Below, one piece after another: positions 1 to 8,963 of a stretch of DNA of 64,000 nucleotides; position 1 is the stretch's first letter; every line of letters starts with the position of its first letter. The notes beneath the pieces were generated by a model, which had not been told where the DNA came from, made no database searches, and was given only the letters and a program-made list of their open reading frames with translations. The DNA is taken from sequence record NC_042098.1. The stretch is one strand, 5' to 3'. Made by a program: the position numbers and the translations under genes.

Positions 1-996
1 ATGGCACATGATCATCAATTCAACGAAGCCTCAGACAGAGGGCTATTCGATTATGATGCTGACTGTAAAGTAAGTTACTTTATTAAGTCCGCACTCAAGA
101 CTCCGTTATTCATTCGACAGCGTACCGGATTGGATAATATCATCCCACCGAAGTTTTATGGTGGCGGGGTCATGGATCAGGTGGAAATCATGCTAGAGTT
201 TCAGATCAAGGAGCATGTATTTCTCGACATTAACAGTAAATCAATTGAGGAGCTACCACCCGAGTACGCCGTGATTGCCAAGGCAATTAATGTAATAAAA
301 GAAAAGCGTGTACGTGAACATGGCAACTATTATGTTGGTCGTGTTGTGTATACCTTTACCAGCGAATATTTTGAGCGCTGTAATGGTCAGTTCTATTTCT
401 CTGTGTTGGATATGGTCTTCTCCGTAAATAGCCCAGATGAGACAGACGAACACCCGTATTGCATTAATGTGTTACAGCAAACCATGGCCGCGAAATTAAA
501 GGACGATTATGCCGGCTTAGTGACCTATGCAGTTAAGCTGGTAGATTCGCAGACGCGACTAGGCCCAAAGTACATCAACATCGCTGGTGATGTCTTTGAA
601 GTCACACCCACCGAAGGGCAAGGGACCGAATCAGCTGACGGCCTCTATCTCATTGGTGATGCACCGATCCGCAGAGGGAAGAAAGAATCTACTGGGCGTA
701 CACGATTTACGCCACTCGACTCGATACTACAAAGCCCTGAGAAGTATGGATTATTTTCTACTATTGGGGAAGCAAAGCATCGGGGAGATAAACAGTTGGA
801 TGCGGCATTTAATGCATTAGACGCAGCTAACGCGAAGGAACGGAAAGCGCAGCAGAAGATCGCTCAGCTGGAGACTCAGCTGGAAGGGTTTAAAGCAAAA
901 GAGAAACAGGACAATGGACTGGTTCTCAACAAAGGGATAACGGAGCTCATCAAACTTATTACTGCCACTATAGGCATTGTTAAACTCTTGAGGTAA
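1..996 (+). CDS. Conserved hypothetical jumbo-phage protein with C-terminal coiled coil; start may lie upstream of the window
   Basis: 331-aa ORF ending 4 nt before the RNAP subunit gene; C-terminal heptad-like stretch (ANAKERKAQQKIAQLETQLEG). Confidence 0.75.
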   Translation: MAHDHQFNEASDRGLFDYDADCKVSYFIKSALKTPLFIRQRTGLDNIIPPKFYGGGVMDQVEIMLEFQIKEHVFLDINSKSIEELPPEYAVIAKAINVIKEKRVREHGNYYVGRVVYTFTSEYFERCNGQFYFSVLDMVFSVNSPDETDEHPYCINVLQQTMAAKLKDDYAGLVTYAVKLVDSQTRLGPKYINIAGDVFEVTPTEGQGTESADGLYLIGDAPIRRGKKESTGRTRFTPLDSILQSPEKYGLFSTIGEAKHRGDKQLDAAFNALDAANAKERKAQQKIAQLETQLEGFKAKEKQDNGLVLNKGITELIKLITATIGIVKLLR

Positions 997-1000
997 CTCA

Positions 1001-2689
1001 ATGGACCCGTTGCTCGAAACAGCTATAAAAAATACCATACCAAAAATGAATCCAGATATCTCTAATGGATTTGTAAAGCGAGAGCTAGACAAAGCACTTG
1101 AATATCTCAACAACGTCTTTGCCAGCGCCTTTGGTAGTTTGGGTTCCAACATTAAGTACATCGGGTATCAGCGTTGTCGTCCCGATGAAGAGTACCGTTT
1201 CAGTTTAAAGCGTAATGGCGGAGCAACAGCTTCGAAGGCACGTTATGAGCTGGCCCGGTCTGATGTGTTTCTCACCAAGTTCAACTTTACGGTCGATGGA
1301 AAAGCAACCAAGCCACTGCTGCTCTATGTGCCGTACTGTGATGACACTGGACTAATGCACCTGCGTGGGACAGCACACACCATCTCGCCTGTCTTGGAAG
1401 ATCCAGGGATCTCTGTGACACGGGATGGTTGTTTCTTTCGCGTGACCTGTGACAAGATCGTGGTGAAACGTACTGGCCATACGGTCTGTCGTGATATCAT
1501 GGACATCACACAAAAGCGTAAGCGGGTGCAGAAGCACATCAACGTACCGTGGGCGAAGATCTACCGTGCTAAGCAACAGAAAGCGAACTCAGCGAAGACC
1601 GCACCGGTTACCTCGCTGCCGCACTATCTGTTTGCGAAGTATGGTGTCACACACACCTTCAAGAAGTATGCCGGTATGGATGTGGTGTTCGGGACTGAGT
1701 TGGATATCACACCTCAGAACTATCCTGACAATGAGTGGACACGGTTCTATTCCGCTAAACAAACCCATCCTAACAACAAGCGTCCGTCCCAAGAGTGGGT
1801 GCCAACGGCTGCAGCGTTAGCTGTCAGAACCACCGCGCCGTCTCAGTTGGTGGATATCTTGGTAGCTGGCTACTTCTATGTCGCTGACTGTTATACCCAT
1901 GAATTCAATCCGATTCACTCTGATGAGCCAGATCATTGGCGTCTGATGATGGGTAAGATGGTCTTTAACAAGACGGTCAAGTATGTGCAGATGACAGAAT
2001 ACCTGGCACCGCACTTTGCCTCACTTGATACGTACCTGGACGACATCGCCAAAGAGAACCTGGCCGAAGAAGGGGTGTTGTGTGAAGACGTGTATGAGCT
2101 GATGACTTACATCATTGCGAACCTGGATCACATGATCAACACCGTGAACCTGGCTAGCATGTACAACAAGAAACTCGTTGTATTGCCGTATGTGTTATCA
2201 CCGATCATTCACGGGATCTTCTATACCAAGTTTAACCTGATGCAACAATGCAAGAAGCGTGCTGTTGATACCACCACTGGTGAAGAGATCATGGTGTTCA
2301 CGGAAGACACGTTATTTGATGTTCTTGGACGTAACCTGAAGCCGGAAGCGATTAACAAAGTGAAAGGGCCAGACCATGGCATGATTAGCTCTGTTGCAGC
2401 CCCAGGCGACAATAAGATGTTTAAGATAAATAACAAGATTACACTACAGCAAAATGCAACACAATCAGGTGGGCGTCGTAATGAATCACCGATGACCGAT
2501 GATTCGAAAGGGCTGGATGTCAGTATTGCAGACTGTGCATCGTATCTCCACATTACGAAACCCGATCCGACCGGCCGCTCTTTATTTAACCCCTTTAAGT
2601 TATTGGTACGTGATAAACTGCTTCCGTCCGTTAAATATGAAAAACTGTTTAGCGTAACGCAGGCGATTATCTATCGTCGCAATATTTAG
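1001..2689 (+). CDS. Non-virion RNA polymerase beta subunit, N-terminal part (phiKZ gp123-like)
   Basis: 562 aa; LYVPYCDDTGLMHLRGTAHTISPVL resembles the RpoB/Rpb2 N-terminal iP...G.F.inG.e.v...Ql motif; size and position upstream of the portal block fit split phiKZ-type nvRNAP. Confidence 0.75.
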   Translation: MDPLLETAIKNTIPKMNPDISNGFVKRELDKALEYLNNVFASAFGSLGSNIKYIGYQRCRPDEEYRFSLKRNGGATASKARYELARSDVFLTKFNFTVDGKATKPLLLYVPYCDDTGLMHLRGTAHTISPVLEDPGISVTRDGCFFRVTCDKIVVKRTGHTVCRDIMDITQKRKRVQKHINVPWAKIYRAKQQKANSAKTAPVTSLPHYLFAKYGVTHTFKKYAGMDVVFGTELDITPQNYPDNEWTRFYSAKQTHPNNKRPSQEWVPTAAALAVRTTAPSQLVDILVAGYFYVADCYTHEFNPIHSDEPDHWRLMMGKMVFNKTVKYVQMTEYLAPHFASLDTYLDDIAKENLAEEGVLCEDVYELMTYIIANLDHMINTVNLASMYNKKLVVLPYVLSPIIHGIFYTKFNLMQQCKKRAVDTTTGEEIMVFTEDTLFDVLGRNLKPEAINKVKGPDHGMISSVAAPGDNKMFKINNKITLQQNATQSGGRRNESPMTDDSKGLDVSIADCASYLHITKPDPTGRSLFNPFKLLVRDKLLPSVKYEKLFSVTQAIIYRRNI

Positions 2690-2701
2690 TGAGCCTACAT
2701 C

Positions 2702-2878
2702 ATGAAACAGAACGCTGAGATCGATTCGTCTATTATTTCTACCGGTAATATCTTCCAGGCACATAAGCCAGCCCCAGTTGGTCGTTGTGATCTGTCGGGT
2801 GAATCACAGAAACGCTCGCAGAGCATGACAGAAGAAGATAAGGCGGCAGTAGCCAAACGTTTTGGTTTGACTAAATAA
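2702..2878 (+). CDS. Small hypothetical protein (58 aa, MKQNAEIDSS...RFGLTK), absent from the ORF track
   Basis: Translated by hand; fills the gap between two + strand genes; weak RBS. Confidence 0.5.
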   Translation: MKQNAEIDSSIISTGNIFQAHKPAPVGRCDLSGESQKRSQSMTEEDKAAVAKRFGLTK

Positions 2879-2925
2879 TTAACTTTTTGTAAGCAGATTG
2901 TTTTAGTCTGCAAAAGGAAACCGTT

Positions 2926-5409
2926 ATGAGCAATATGTACCCACCGCAGATGATGATGGCCCAAGGAGGGTTGTATCCTCAGCAAGGGATGTATCCGCAG
3001 CAGCAGATGATGCAACCCCCAATGATGATGCAACAACAAGCTCCACAAATCGATAAGCAAGCTTTAGCACAGGCTTTTGCAAAGTTTATCGATCAGGCGG
3101 CCACGCAGAACCAGAACCAGCTGACTGCCTATATCCACATGCGTTACACACAGAACCAGTATCAGAACCAGCAGTTCCAAACTGCGGTGAACACGGTACT
3201 GGCGATGTACATGTTGGCGCTGCAGACAGCCCCTGGTATGCCACCGCATCAACTGCAGGGTCAAGCGGTGGTTGATGCATACGAAATCCACGCCATTCTG
3301 GAGTTGCAGCAGAACCCCCAGATGGTGCAGGCTTTGGCGCCGAATATCATTCAGGCGCTTGTGCAGAATATCCCGCGCTTACAGCAGCAGTTAAATCAAA
3401 GCTTCCCGCAGCTGCAGTTGCAAGTACCACAGCTTAATGTTCCGGGTTATCAGCTGCAGAATACCATGCAGCCGCAGCAGCACATGTTGCCTGGTTATAA
3501 TGCCATGATGCCACCGATGCAGGGTTATGCACCGGTACCGCAGCAAGGGATGTATCAGAACAGCATGATGCCTGGTCAGCCGTACAATGGTTATAACGCG
3601 CAGACCAATGATAACCTTGGCATGAGCGATGCCCGTGCTCAGTTACCCGCACCGCCAGCCGATGGTAAGTATTACGGCCCGGCGAGCATCGGTAACAACA
3701 CCGACAACAAACCCGCCAATACCGTGCAGCCTATTGCGGTCGCGGGCTTTGAAGTCAGTGAAGCGCGTGTACCAATGCATGCGGTGGGTGTGTTGGAAGA
3801 GTACAGCACACCTAACCTGCAACAAGCGATGCAACAACAGCAAGACATGCCAATGCCGAGTAACATCGACTTTGACAGTGTGATGTCGCTGGAAGAGGAA
3901 GAGCACGAAGAACCGATGTTCAACATCCCGATGGCGGATGAAGAGCAACTGGTGCTGAATGCGGGTACAGATGCTGGCACGGATGACGAACCGTATCAGA
4001 GTCCGTTCCCGTCATTCTCTCAGATCTTCGGTCAACCTGCCTCAGGTGCTAACATCAGTGCAGCAGCAGAAGCGGCGATGACACCACCTCCTGCTGAAGC
4101 GTTACTGTCTCAGCCGGTTGCAAACAAACCGACGGTGGTGGTAACCAAAGCTGCTGAAGTGTCACCAGACGGTCTGCCAGATGGCTGGATGTTCACTGAG
4201 TCGCTGGAAGCCGGTGAGTTCCTGAAGCTGATCCGTGCTGCTAAACGCAATCGTAAGAATCCACTGCCGATTCATTACGACCGTACTTTCATGACCCGCT
4301 TGTATCGCTATAACCAAGATGGTGCGATTGAGCAACGTATCGTAGGAGAAACCATGGACAGACTTCGTCACGACCTATCCTCACTGGACGAGGTAGATAA
4401 CCAAGGGGCACGTGAGCAAGCAGCACTGTTCGCACCACTGACCACTGCTACTATTGATGAAGTCAATAAGGTAGTGAAGGAAGCAGAGAAAGACAGCGGG
4501 AAAGTGACTGAGAAGCTGAAAGAGAAAGATATCGTCGTTCTTAGCAAGCCAGTGACTGTATCGTGCCGTCAAGAAGCAGCTATCCTGGTGGCAGCCAAAG
4601 CGGGCGAGATTCAGAAACTCAACAGCAACAAACACGGTTATGAGTATTACTACCGTGAAGCGATGGTGCTGCAAACCACCAAGAACGTGACTGCGTTGTT
4701 GGAGAACCCAACCGTTAAAGCGCTGTCTCAGCGTTCACAGGTGAACAACCTGGTTGAGCTGGCAGAAGCGATCCGTGCAGCCCGTGCTGAAGGTGCGTTA
4801 AGCCCACAGGCACTGACCAAGCTGACTGACCACATGATGGAAGTGTTTAACGACATGCTCACTCATGATTACGGTTATGCGGGTGAACTGGTGTTGACCG
4901 GTAGCGATGAAGACGGTAACAAAACCCAGCTGGAAGATGAGCTGATGGACTTCGTGGTCTACATGGACAGTAATGAAGATCATCGTGAAGTGCTCGATCT
5001 AATCCATAAGCGTTGGATTCCGCTGCGTGAGCGTCTGTGTATTATCTTAACGGATGGTGCATTAACCTCTGCACAACGTATCCTGGCCAAGCGTTACGGT
5101 TCAGACGATGACATGGATGCGATGGTTGATGCGACCAGTAACATGCTGATTGCAATGACCTCGGTTAGCGTAACCAACCTCAACAAAACTAGCCGTGAGC
5201 TGAAGCTTGATGACAAGGACCGTATCTTCGCTGTAAACGCGTCTGACAGCCCGTATCTGTACAGTGTGTTGAAAGGTATCACCGAGCGCACTAAACAGCA
5301 CACATCGCGTTACACGAAGCATCGCGTGGTAACGGCAGATGGTCGCTTCCTGAACTTCCGCTTAGGTGGTTTGGGTGACGGCAGTGTCTTTATTGCCAAC
5401 TTTGAGTAA
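2926..5409 (+). CDS. 827-aa protein with Gln/Met/Pro-rich low-complexity N-terminus, acidic linker and folded C-terminal region
   Basis: Long ORF followed by hairpin element; AAGGAA upstream; composition visible in translation. Confidence 0.85.
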   Translation: MSNMYPPQMMMAQGGLYPQQGMYPQQQMMQPPMMMQQQAPQIDKQALAQAFAKFIDQAATQNQNQLTAYIHMRYTQNQYQNQQFQTAVNTVLAMYMLALQTAPGMPPHQLQGQAVVDAYEIHAILELQQNPQMVQALAPNIIQALVQNIPRLQQQLNQSFPQLQLQVPQLNVPGYQLQNTMQPQQHMLPGYNAMMPPMQGYAPVPQQGMYQNSMMPGQPYNGYNAQTNDNLGMSDARAQLPAPPADGKYYGPASIGNNTDNKPANTVQPIAVAGFEVSEARVPMHAVGVLEEYSTPNLQQAMQQQQDMPMPSNIDFDSVMSLEEEEHEEPMFNIPMADEEQLVLNAGTDAGTDDEPYQSPFPSFSQIFGQPASGANISAAAEAAMTPPPAEALLSQPVANKPTVVVTKAAEVSPDGLPDGWMFTESLEAGEFLKLIRAAKRNRKNPLPIHYDRTFMTRLYRYNQDGAIEQRIVGETMDRLRHDLSSLDEVDNQGAREQAALFAPLTTATIDEVNKVVKEAEKDSGKVTEKLKEKDIVVLSKPVTVSCRQEAAILVAAKAGEIQKLNSNKHGYEYYYREAMVLQTTKNVTALLENPTVKALSQRSQVNNLVELAEAIRAARAEGALSPQALTKLTDHMMEVFNDMLTHDYGYAGELVLTGSDEDGNKTQLEDELMDFVVYMDSNEDHREVLDLIHKRWIPLRERLCIILTDGALTSAQRILAKRYGSDDDMDAMVDATSNMLIAMTSVSVTNLNKTSRELKLDDKDRIFAVNASDSPYLYSVLKGITERTKQHTSRYTKHRVVTADGRFLNFRLGGLGDGSVFIANFE

Positions 5410-5418
5410 CCCATAACA

Positions 5419-5446
5419 GGAGAGCTTCGGCTCTCCTTTATGCCGG
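5419..5446 (+). terminator. Hairpin + TTTATGCCGG element
   Basis: GGAGAGC-TTCG-GCTCTCC followed by TTTATGCCGG, directly after a stop codon. Confidence 0.8.
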
Positions 5447-5681
5447 CCAGGTTTTCCACCCATTTCCTCTATCGGACAACAGATATAGATAGCGTCTGAT
5501 CAACGTCATTGATCACACCTTATTCTACAACCCCAACGTAACCTGTCGACATTCATAAGGGAATGCCACGCCGTTGTTTATACCCGTCCTTATAAAAGAA
5601 GCGACCAAGCAAAAGACCAATAATCCGCAAGCCTTCTTTAAACTAAACCTGTTCTCTTTTCTTATTAATCTGGAGTGTTGT

Positions 5682-6014
5682 ATGGATTTCTCATTTCTAC
5701 TTGATCAAAACCCGTTGAGCTATTACAAAAACGAGTTACCGGCCTTAGTCCGTGAACTTAATGGCTCGATGGAAGATGATGCCCGTGTTTCTTGTGAAGA
5801 CGCACTGAATGCGCTGGTGCATCTCTTTGCAACACCGGGTGAGCTCATCAGCCTTACTATTCAGCGCCACTGCAGCATTGCGGAGCAGAAGCTTCGCTAT
5901 ACGGCAAAGTTCATCAATGACACGGTGGCCACGGTCGAAGGACCTGAACCAATGGATCTGCGCTATGTGCTAGGGACTGCAGTATTTAACGCCATCACCA
6001 TTCCTATCAAATAA
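5682..6014 (+). CDS. Hypothetical protein (start revised to MDFSFLL)
   Basis: GGAG RBS in TTAATCTGGAGTG upstream of ATG 5682; ends at a bidirectional hairpin. Confidence 0.7.
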   Translation: MDFSFLLDQNPLSYYKNELPALVRELNGSMEDDARVSCEDALNALVHLFATPGELISLTIQRHCSIAEQKLRYTAKFINDTVATVEGPEPMDLRYVLGTAVFNAITIPIK

Positions 6015-6016
6015 AT

Positions 6017-6056
6017 CGGCATAAGAGGAGAGGCAAATGCCTCTCCTCTGTTATGC
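6017..6056. terminator. Bidirectional hairpin element between convergent genes
   Basis: CGGCATAA-GAGGAGAGGC-AAAT-GCCTCTCCTC-TGTTATGC. Confidence 0.85.
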
Positions 6057-6075
6057 TACTTCTTTTTTTTTTGGT

Positions 6076-8931
6076 TTAGAACGTGAACTTCGGGTTTTTC
6101 GAGTCGTCGTCGTTGAAGTCGTCATCCGTCGGATCTTCAAGACTCGGGTCAGCGGCATCATCATCCGGATTAGTGGTATCGTCCGGGTTCTGTGTGTCAT
6201 CCGGGTTCTGCTCATCTACCGGAGGTTCGTCACCATCGGTCGGTGGTGTCGGCATGGCAAACGGGTCAGCTTCACCCTCATCCGGTGCAGCATTCGGATT
6301 AGCGGCGGTATCACCCAGCTGCTCATCTTCCTTCAGCTTATCGTATTTACTCTGCAGCTTCTCTTCGACTTTCTTCTTATCTTTCAGATACGTGAGAATG
6401 CCTTCCCAGACATTTTCATTGTAGCTGATGATTTCAGAAAGCAGGGCAGCGGTAGCGTTAGTGTCTTCACCCAGATCATTCAGGATTGCGTATTGCTGCG
6501 CGTTACCTGAATCATCCATCCACTTACGCATGTACATTGCCACCAGAGACTGACGCCAGGTTTCCAGATCCTCTTCAGAGCCATCCAGGAACTTGCCCAC
6601 CACGGCATCTGGGAAGCGGTCATTGATGACAGCCTCGGTGTGCTCACGACGTGTCTGGTAGGCACGGGTGATCTCTTCCAGGTCGGTGGTTTCAGGTTCA
6701 GGCAGGGTGACGATGATTGAGTTAATGAAGTTGGTCAGCAAACGGGCTGCAATCGCACCTTCATCCTTAGCAACATCCGGGTTATTGGCTTTGAAGTCCT
6801 CAAACATCTTCTTGCCTTTAGCAGAAGACGGACTCCAGAGCTTCTTGTTGTTATGAATGATGTCGTACAGTTCATTCATCAAGTTACCGGACTTGGCAGT
6901 CAGTTTACGCACCAGGTCAGAGGCGTGACCACACACCACACGTTGTGACACGGTGATCTCTTGCGAGTACAGCGCATCGTTGTTGATGTGTTCGATGGCA
7001 AACTTAATGTCGTTCTGCGACGAGATGAGTTCAGGACGAATCCCCCACATCTGTGACAAGAACTCCATCAAGCGGTCATTCCACTCTGGATCAGGTGGAG
7101 TGATGTCACGCTTGCCGTGAGAGATATCTGCATCAATCGACGGGTAGTGATCGTTACCACTGGTCTTTACAATCACGCTGGCACTGTCAAGGATGTTACA
7201 CACATCACGCGGGTTCTTGGCACCGATGATCGAGGAGAGACCAAGGGTGGAGTTCAAGTGCGTGGTGATCACATCTTCGATGGTGTTTTCTGGCTCTGGG
7301 TCATCCTCATCCAGCGGGATGTTCAGGGTGGTGATGTTCACCGAGTTCGCGACGTTAGCAAGCGTAGTCGCAATGATGTTGGTCATCGCCATCGACGCAT
7401 ACAGACGTGAGCGGTCTAACAGAGAACGACCAATACCAAACCGGTTGTAGTCGAAAGCGAAGTAGGTCATCGCTTCTTCTGGCAGGTACAGGATACGGGT
7501 CTGCAGGTTACGGCAAGTACGGGCAAACATGATACGCATGACTTCGTTGGTTAACCCTACGGTCATGGTCTGGCCATAAGTGCCATTAGCCAGGCGCTGC
7601 ACCAGATCTTTCTCCACTTCTTCGACATACTTGTTGTAGAAGGCAGACGTATCAAAGGTACATTTATTACCCGACTTCATCTCCGCCGCCATGGCAATGA
7701 TGCCTTTGGTGCTGTCGATAGCGCTGTTGGTATCCTGACGGTTCTTCATCTGATCTTGATAGAACTGATCATTCTGCGCCGTACGCACCGGGTTACCGTG
7801 TTCATCCAACAGAACGAAGTAACCCACGCGGTGTTTAAAGTCACCTGGGACGTGTACTGGGATCACACACTCTGAGGGCAGGTGCATCAGTAATGGCTGA
7901 CCAACGTTTTCTTTAGACAGCTCGTCGTCACGTCCGACCGTGATGTTGTTGGTCGCTACGTAATCACGCTGTTTAAAGAGGTCGTTGTAGACATTGCTGT
8001 ACTGCTCATCCGTTAACACCGGCGTCTGGGCAACTTTGCTGTCTTTGTCCTTACCGCCTTTTGCTTTCGCCCCACCTTTGTCTTCCAGTGCTTCCATGCC
8101 GGCACGACGCAGACCTAACGGGATACGGTTCTTCTTCGACAGGTTGTGGCGCGCTAACGCCAGCTTAAAGCGCGGCAGACTTAACACCGCATCGTTATCG
8201 GTGATGGTTAGCCCTAGCTCATTTTTATTATCACCATTCAGATGGTGCATGGTCATAATAGGCGTTTCGCCACTCATCAACGATTCGAGTGACGCGGTCA
8301 TCAGCATATTAGAACTACCTGGGTTACCCAGATAGCCACGAGAGCGGAACTGTTGGGAGTGTGCGTCGTAGTCATCAGCAATTGCTTCCATGCCAGAGCC
8401 ACGGGTATAACCGTTAATCACGTTATCCAGTGACGACTGGGAAAGCACTGCCCAGGCTGAGGAACCGGTCTTAAATAACATGTCCGGAACGATGTCAGCA
8501 AGTTTGTCAGTAATTTTATAGTTCTTTTCTATGTACTCCCGCACTGCGCTGATCAAAAGACTGTTAAGCTCTGTGTTCTTACCTTCATACGCTTCTGTGG
8601 TATAAGTCAGGGAGACCGTGCGTAAGTTACGCGGAGAGAGAATAGACGCCGTAAGGATCTTACACGCCTTTAAGGCTCCGGGTACACTTTCCATCAATTC
8701 GGTATTCGAGTCGATACTGGTACTGGTCAGTTTGGAGATGTTTTGGAGCATCCCTGCAGAAGGACCACCATCCCGGTTGGAGCGTCCTGTACGTTTGGAC
8801 GTATCCCGCGGTTTGTTGTCCTTCGGAACCAGTATGTCAATGATCGCTTTTGTCGCAGGATCTTTATTGAGTAAATTCAGTTTTGGCGTAGCAGCACGGC
8901 TGTTACCTGCCAAGCGATTCGATTCGGCCAT
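6076..8931 (-). CDS. Probable portal protein (phiKZ gp129-like); start revised to MAESN
   Basis: About 950 aa, minus strand, downstream of nvRNAP beta-N as in phiKZ-like phages; VGYFVLLDEHGNPV and FDYNRFGIGRSLL motifs; acidic tail; AAGGAG RBS before ATG 8931. Confidence 0.65.
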   Translation of the reverse strand: MAESNRLAGNSRAATPKLNLLNKDPATKAIIDILVPKDNKPRDTSKRTGRSNRDGGPSAGMLQNISKLTSTSIDSNTELMESVPGALKACKILTASILSPRNLRTVSLTYTTEAYEGKNTELNSLLISAVREYIEKNYKITDKLADIVPDMLFKTGSSAWAVLSQSSLDNVINGYTRGSGMEAIADDYDAHSQQFRSRGYLGNPGSSNMLMTASLESLMSGETPIMTMHHLNGDNKNELGLTITDNDAVLSLPRFKLALARHNLSKKNRIPLGLRRAGMEALEDKGGAKAKGGKDKDSKVAQTPVLTDEQYSNVYNDLFKQRDYVATNNITVGRDDELSKENVGQPLLMHLPSECVIPVHVPGDFKHRVGYFVLLDEHGNPVRTAQNDQFYQDQMKNRQDTNSAIDSTKGIIAMAAEMKSGNKCTFDTSAFYNKYVEEVEKDLVQRLANGTYGQTMTVGLTNEVMRIMFARTCRNLQTRILYLPEEAMTYFAFDYNRFGIGRSLLDRSRLYASMAMTNIIATTLANVANSVNITTLNIPLDEDDPEPENTIEDVITTHLNSTLGLSSIIGAKNPRDVCNILDSASVIVKTSGNDHYPSIDADISHGKRDITPPDPEWNDRLMEFLSQMWGIRPELISSQNDIKFAIEHINNDALYSQEITVSQRVVCGHASDLVRKLTAKSGNLMNELYDIIHNNKKLWSPSSAKGKKMFEDFKANNPDVAKDEGAIAARLLTNFINSIIVTLPEPETTDLEEITRAYQTRREHTEAVINDRFPDAVVGKFLDGSEEDLETWRQSLVAMYMRKWMDDSGNAQQYAILNDLGEDTNATAALLSEIISYNENVWEGILTYLKDKKKVEEKLQSKYDKLKEDEQLGDTAANPNAAPDEGEADPFAMPTPPTDGDEPPVDEQNPDDTQNPDDTTNPDDDAADPSLEDPTDDDFNDDDSKNPKFTF
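6161..6207 (-). repeat. Three 18-nt-period repeats encoding NPDD in the acidic portal tail
   Basis: TCATCCGGATT, TCGTCCGGGTT, TCATCCGGGTT at 6161, 6179, 6197. Confidence 0.8.
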
Positions 8932-8963
8932 TTTAAAGAGGCTCCTTGCAGTGGGAGAATAGC

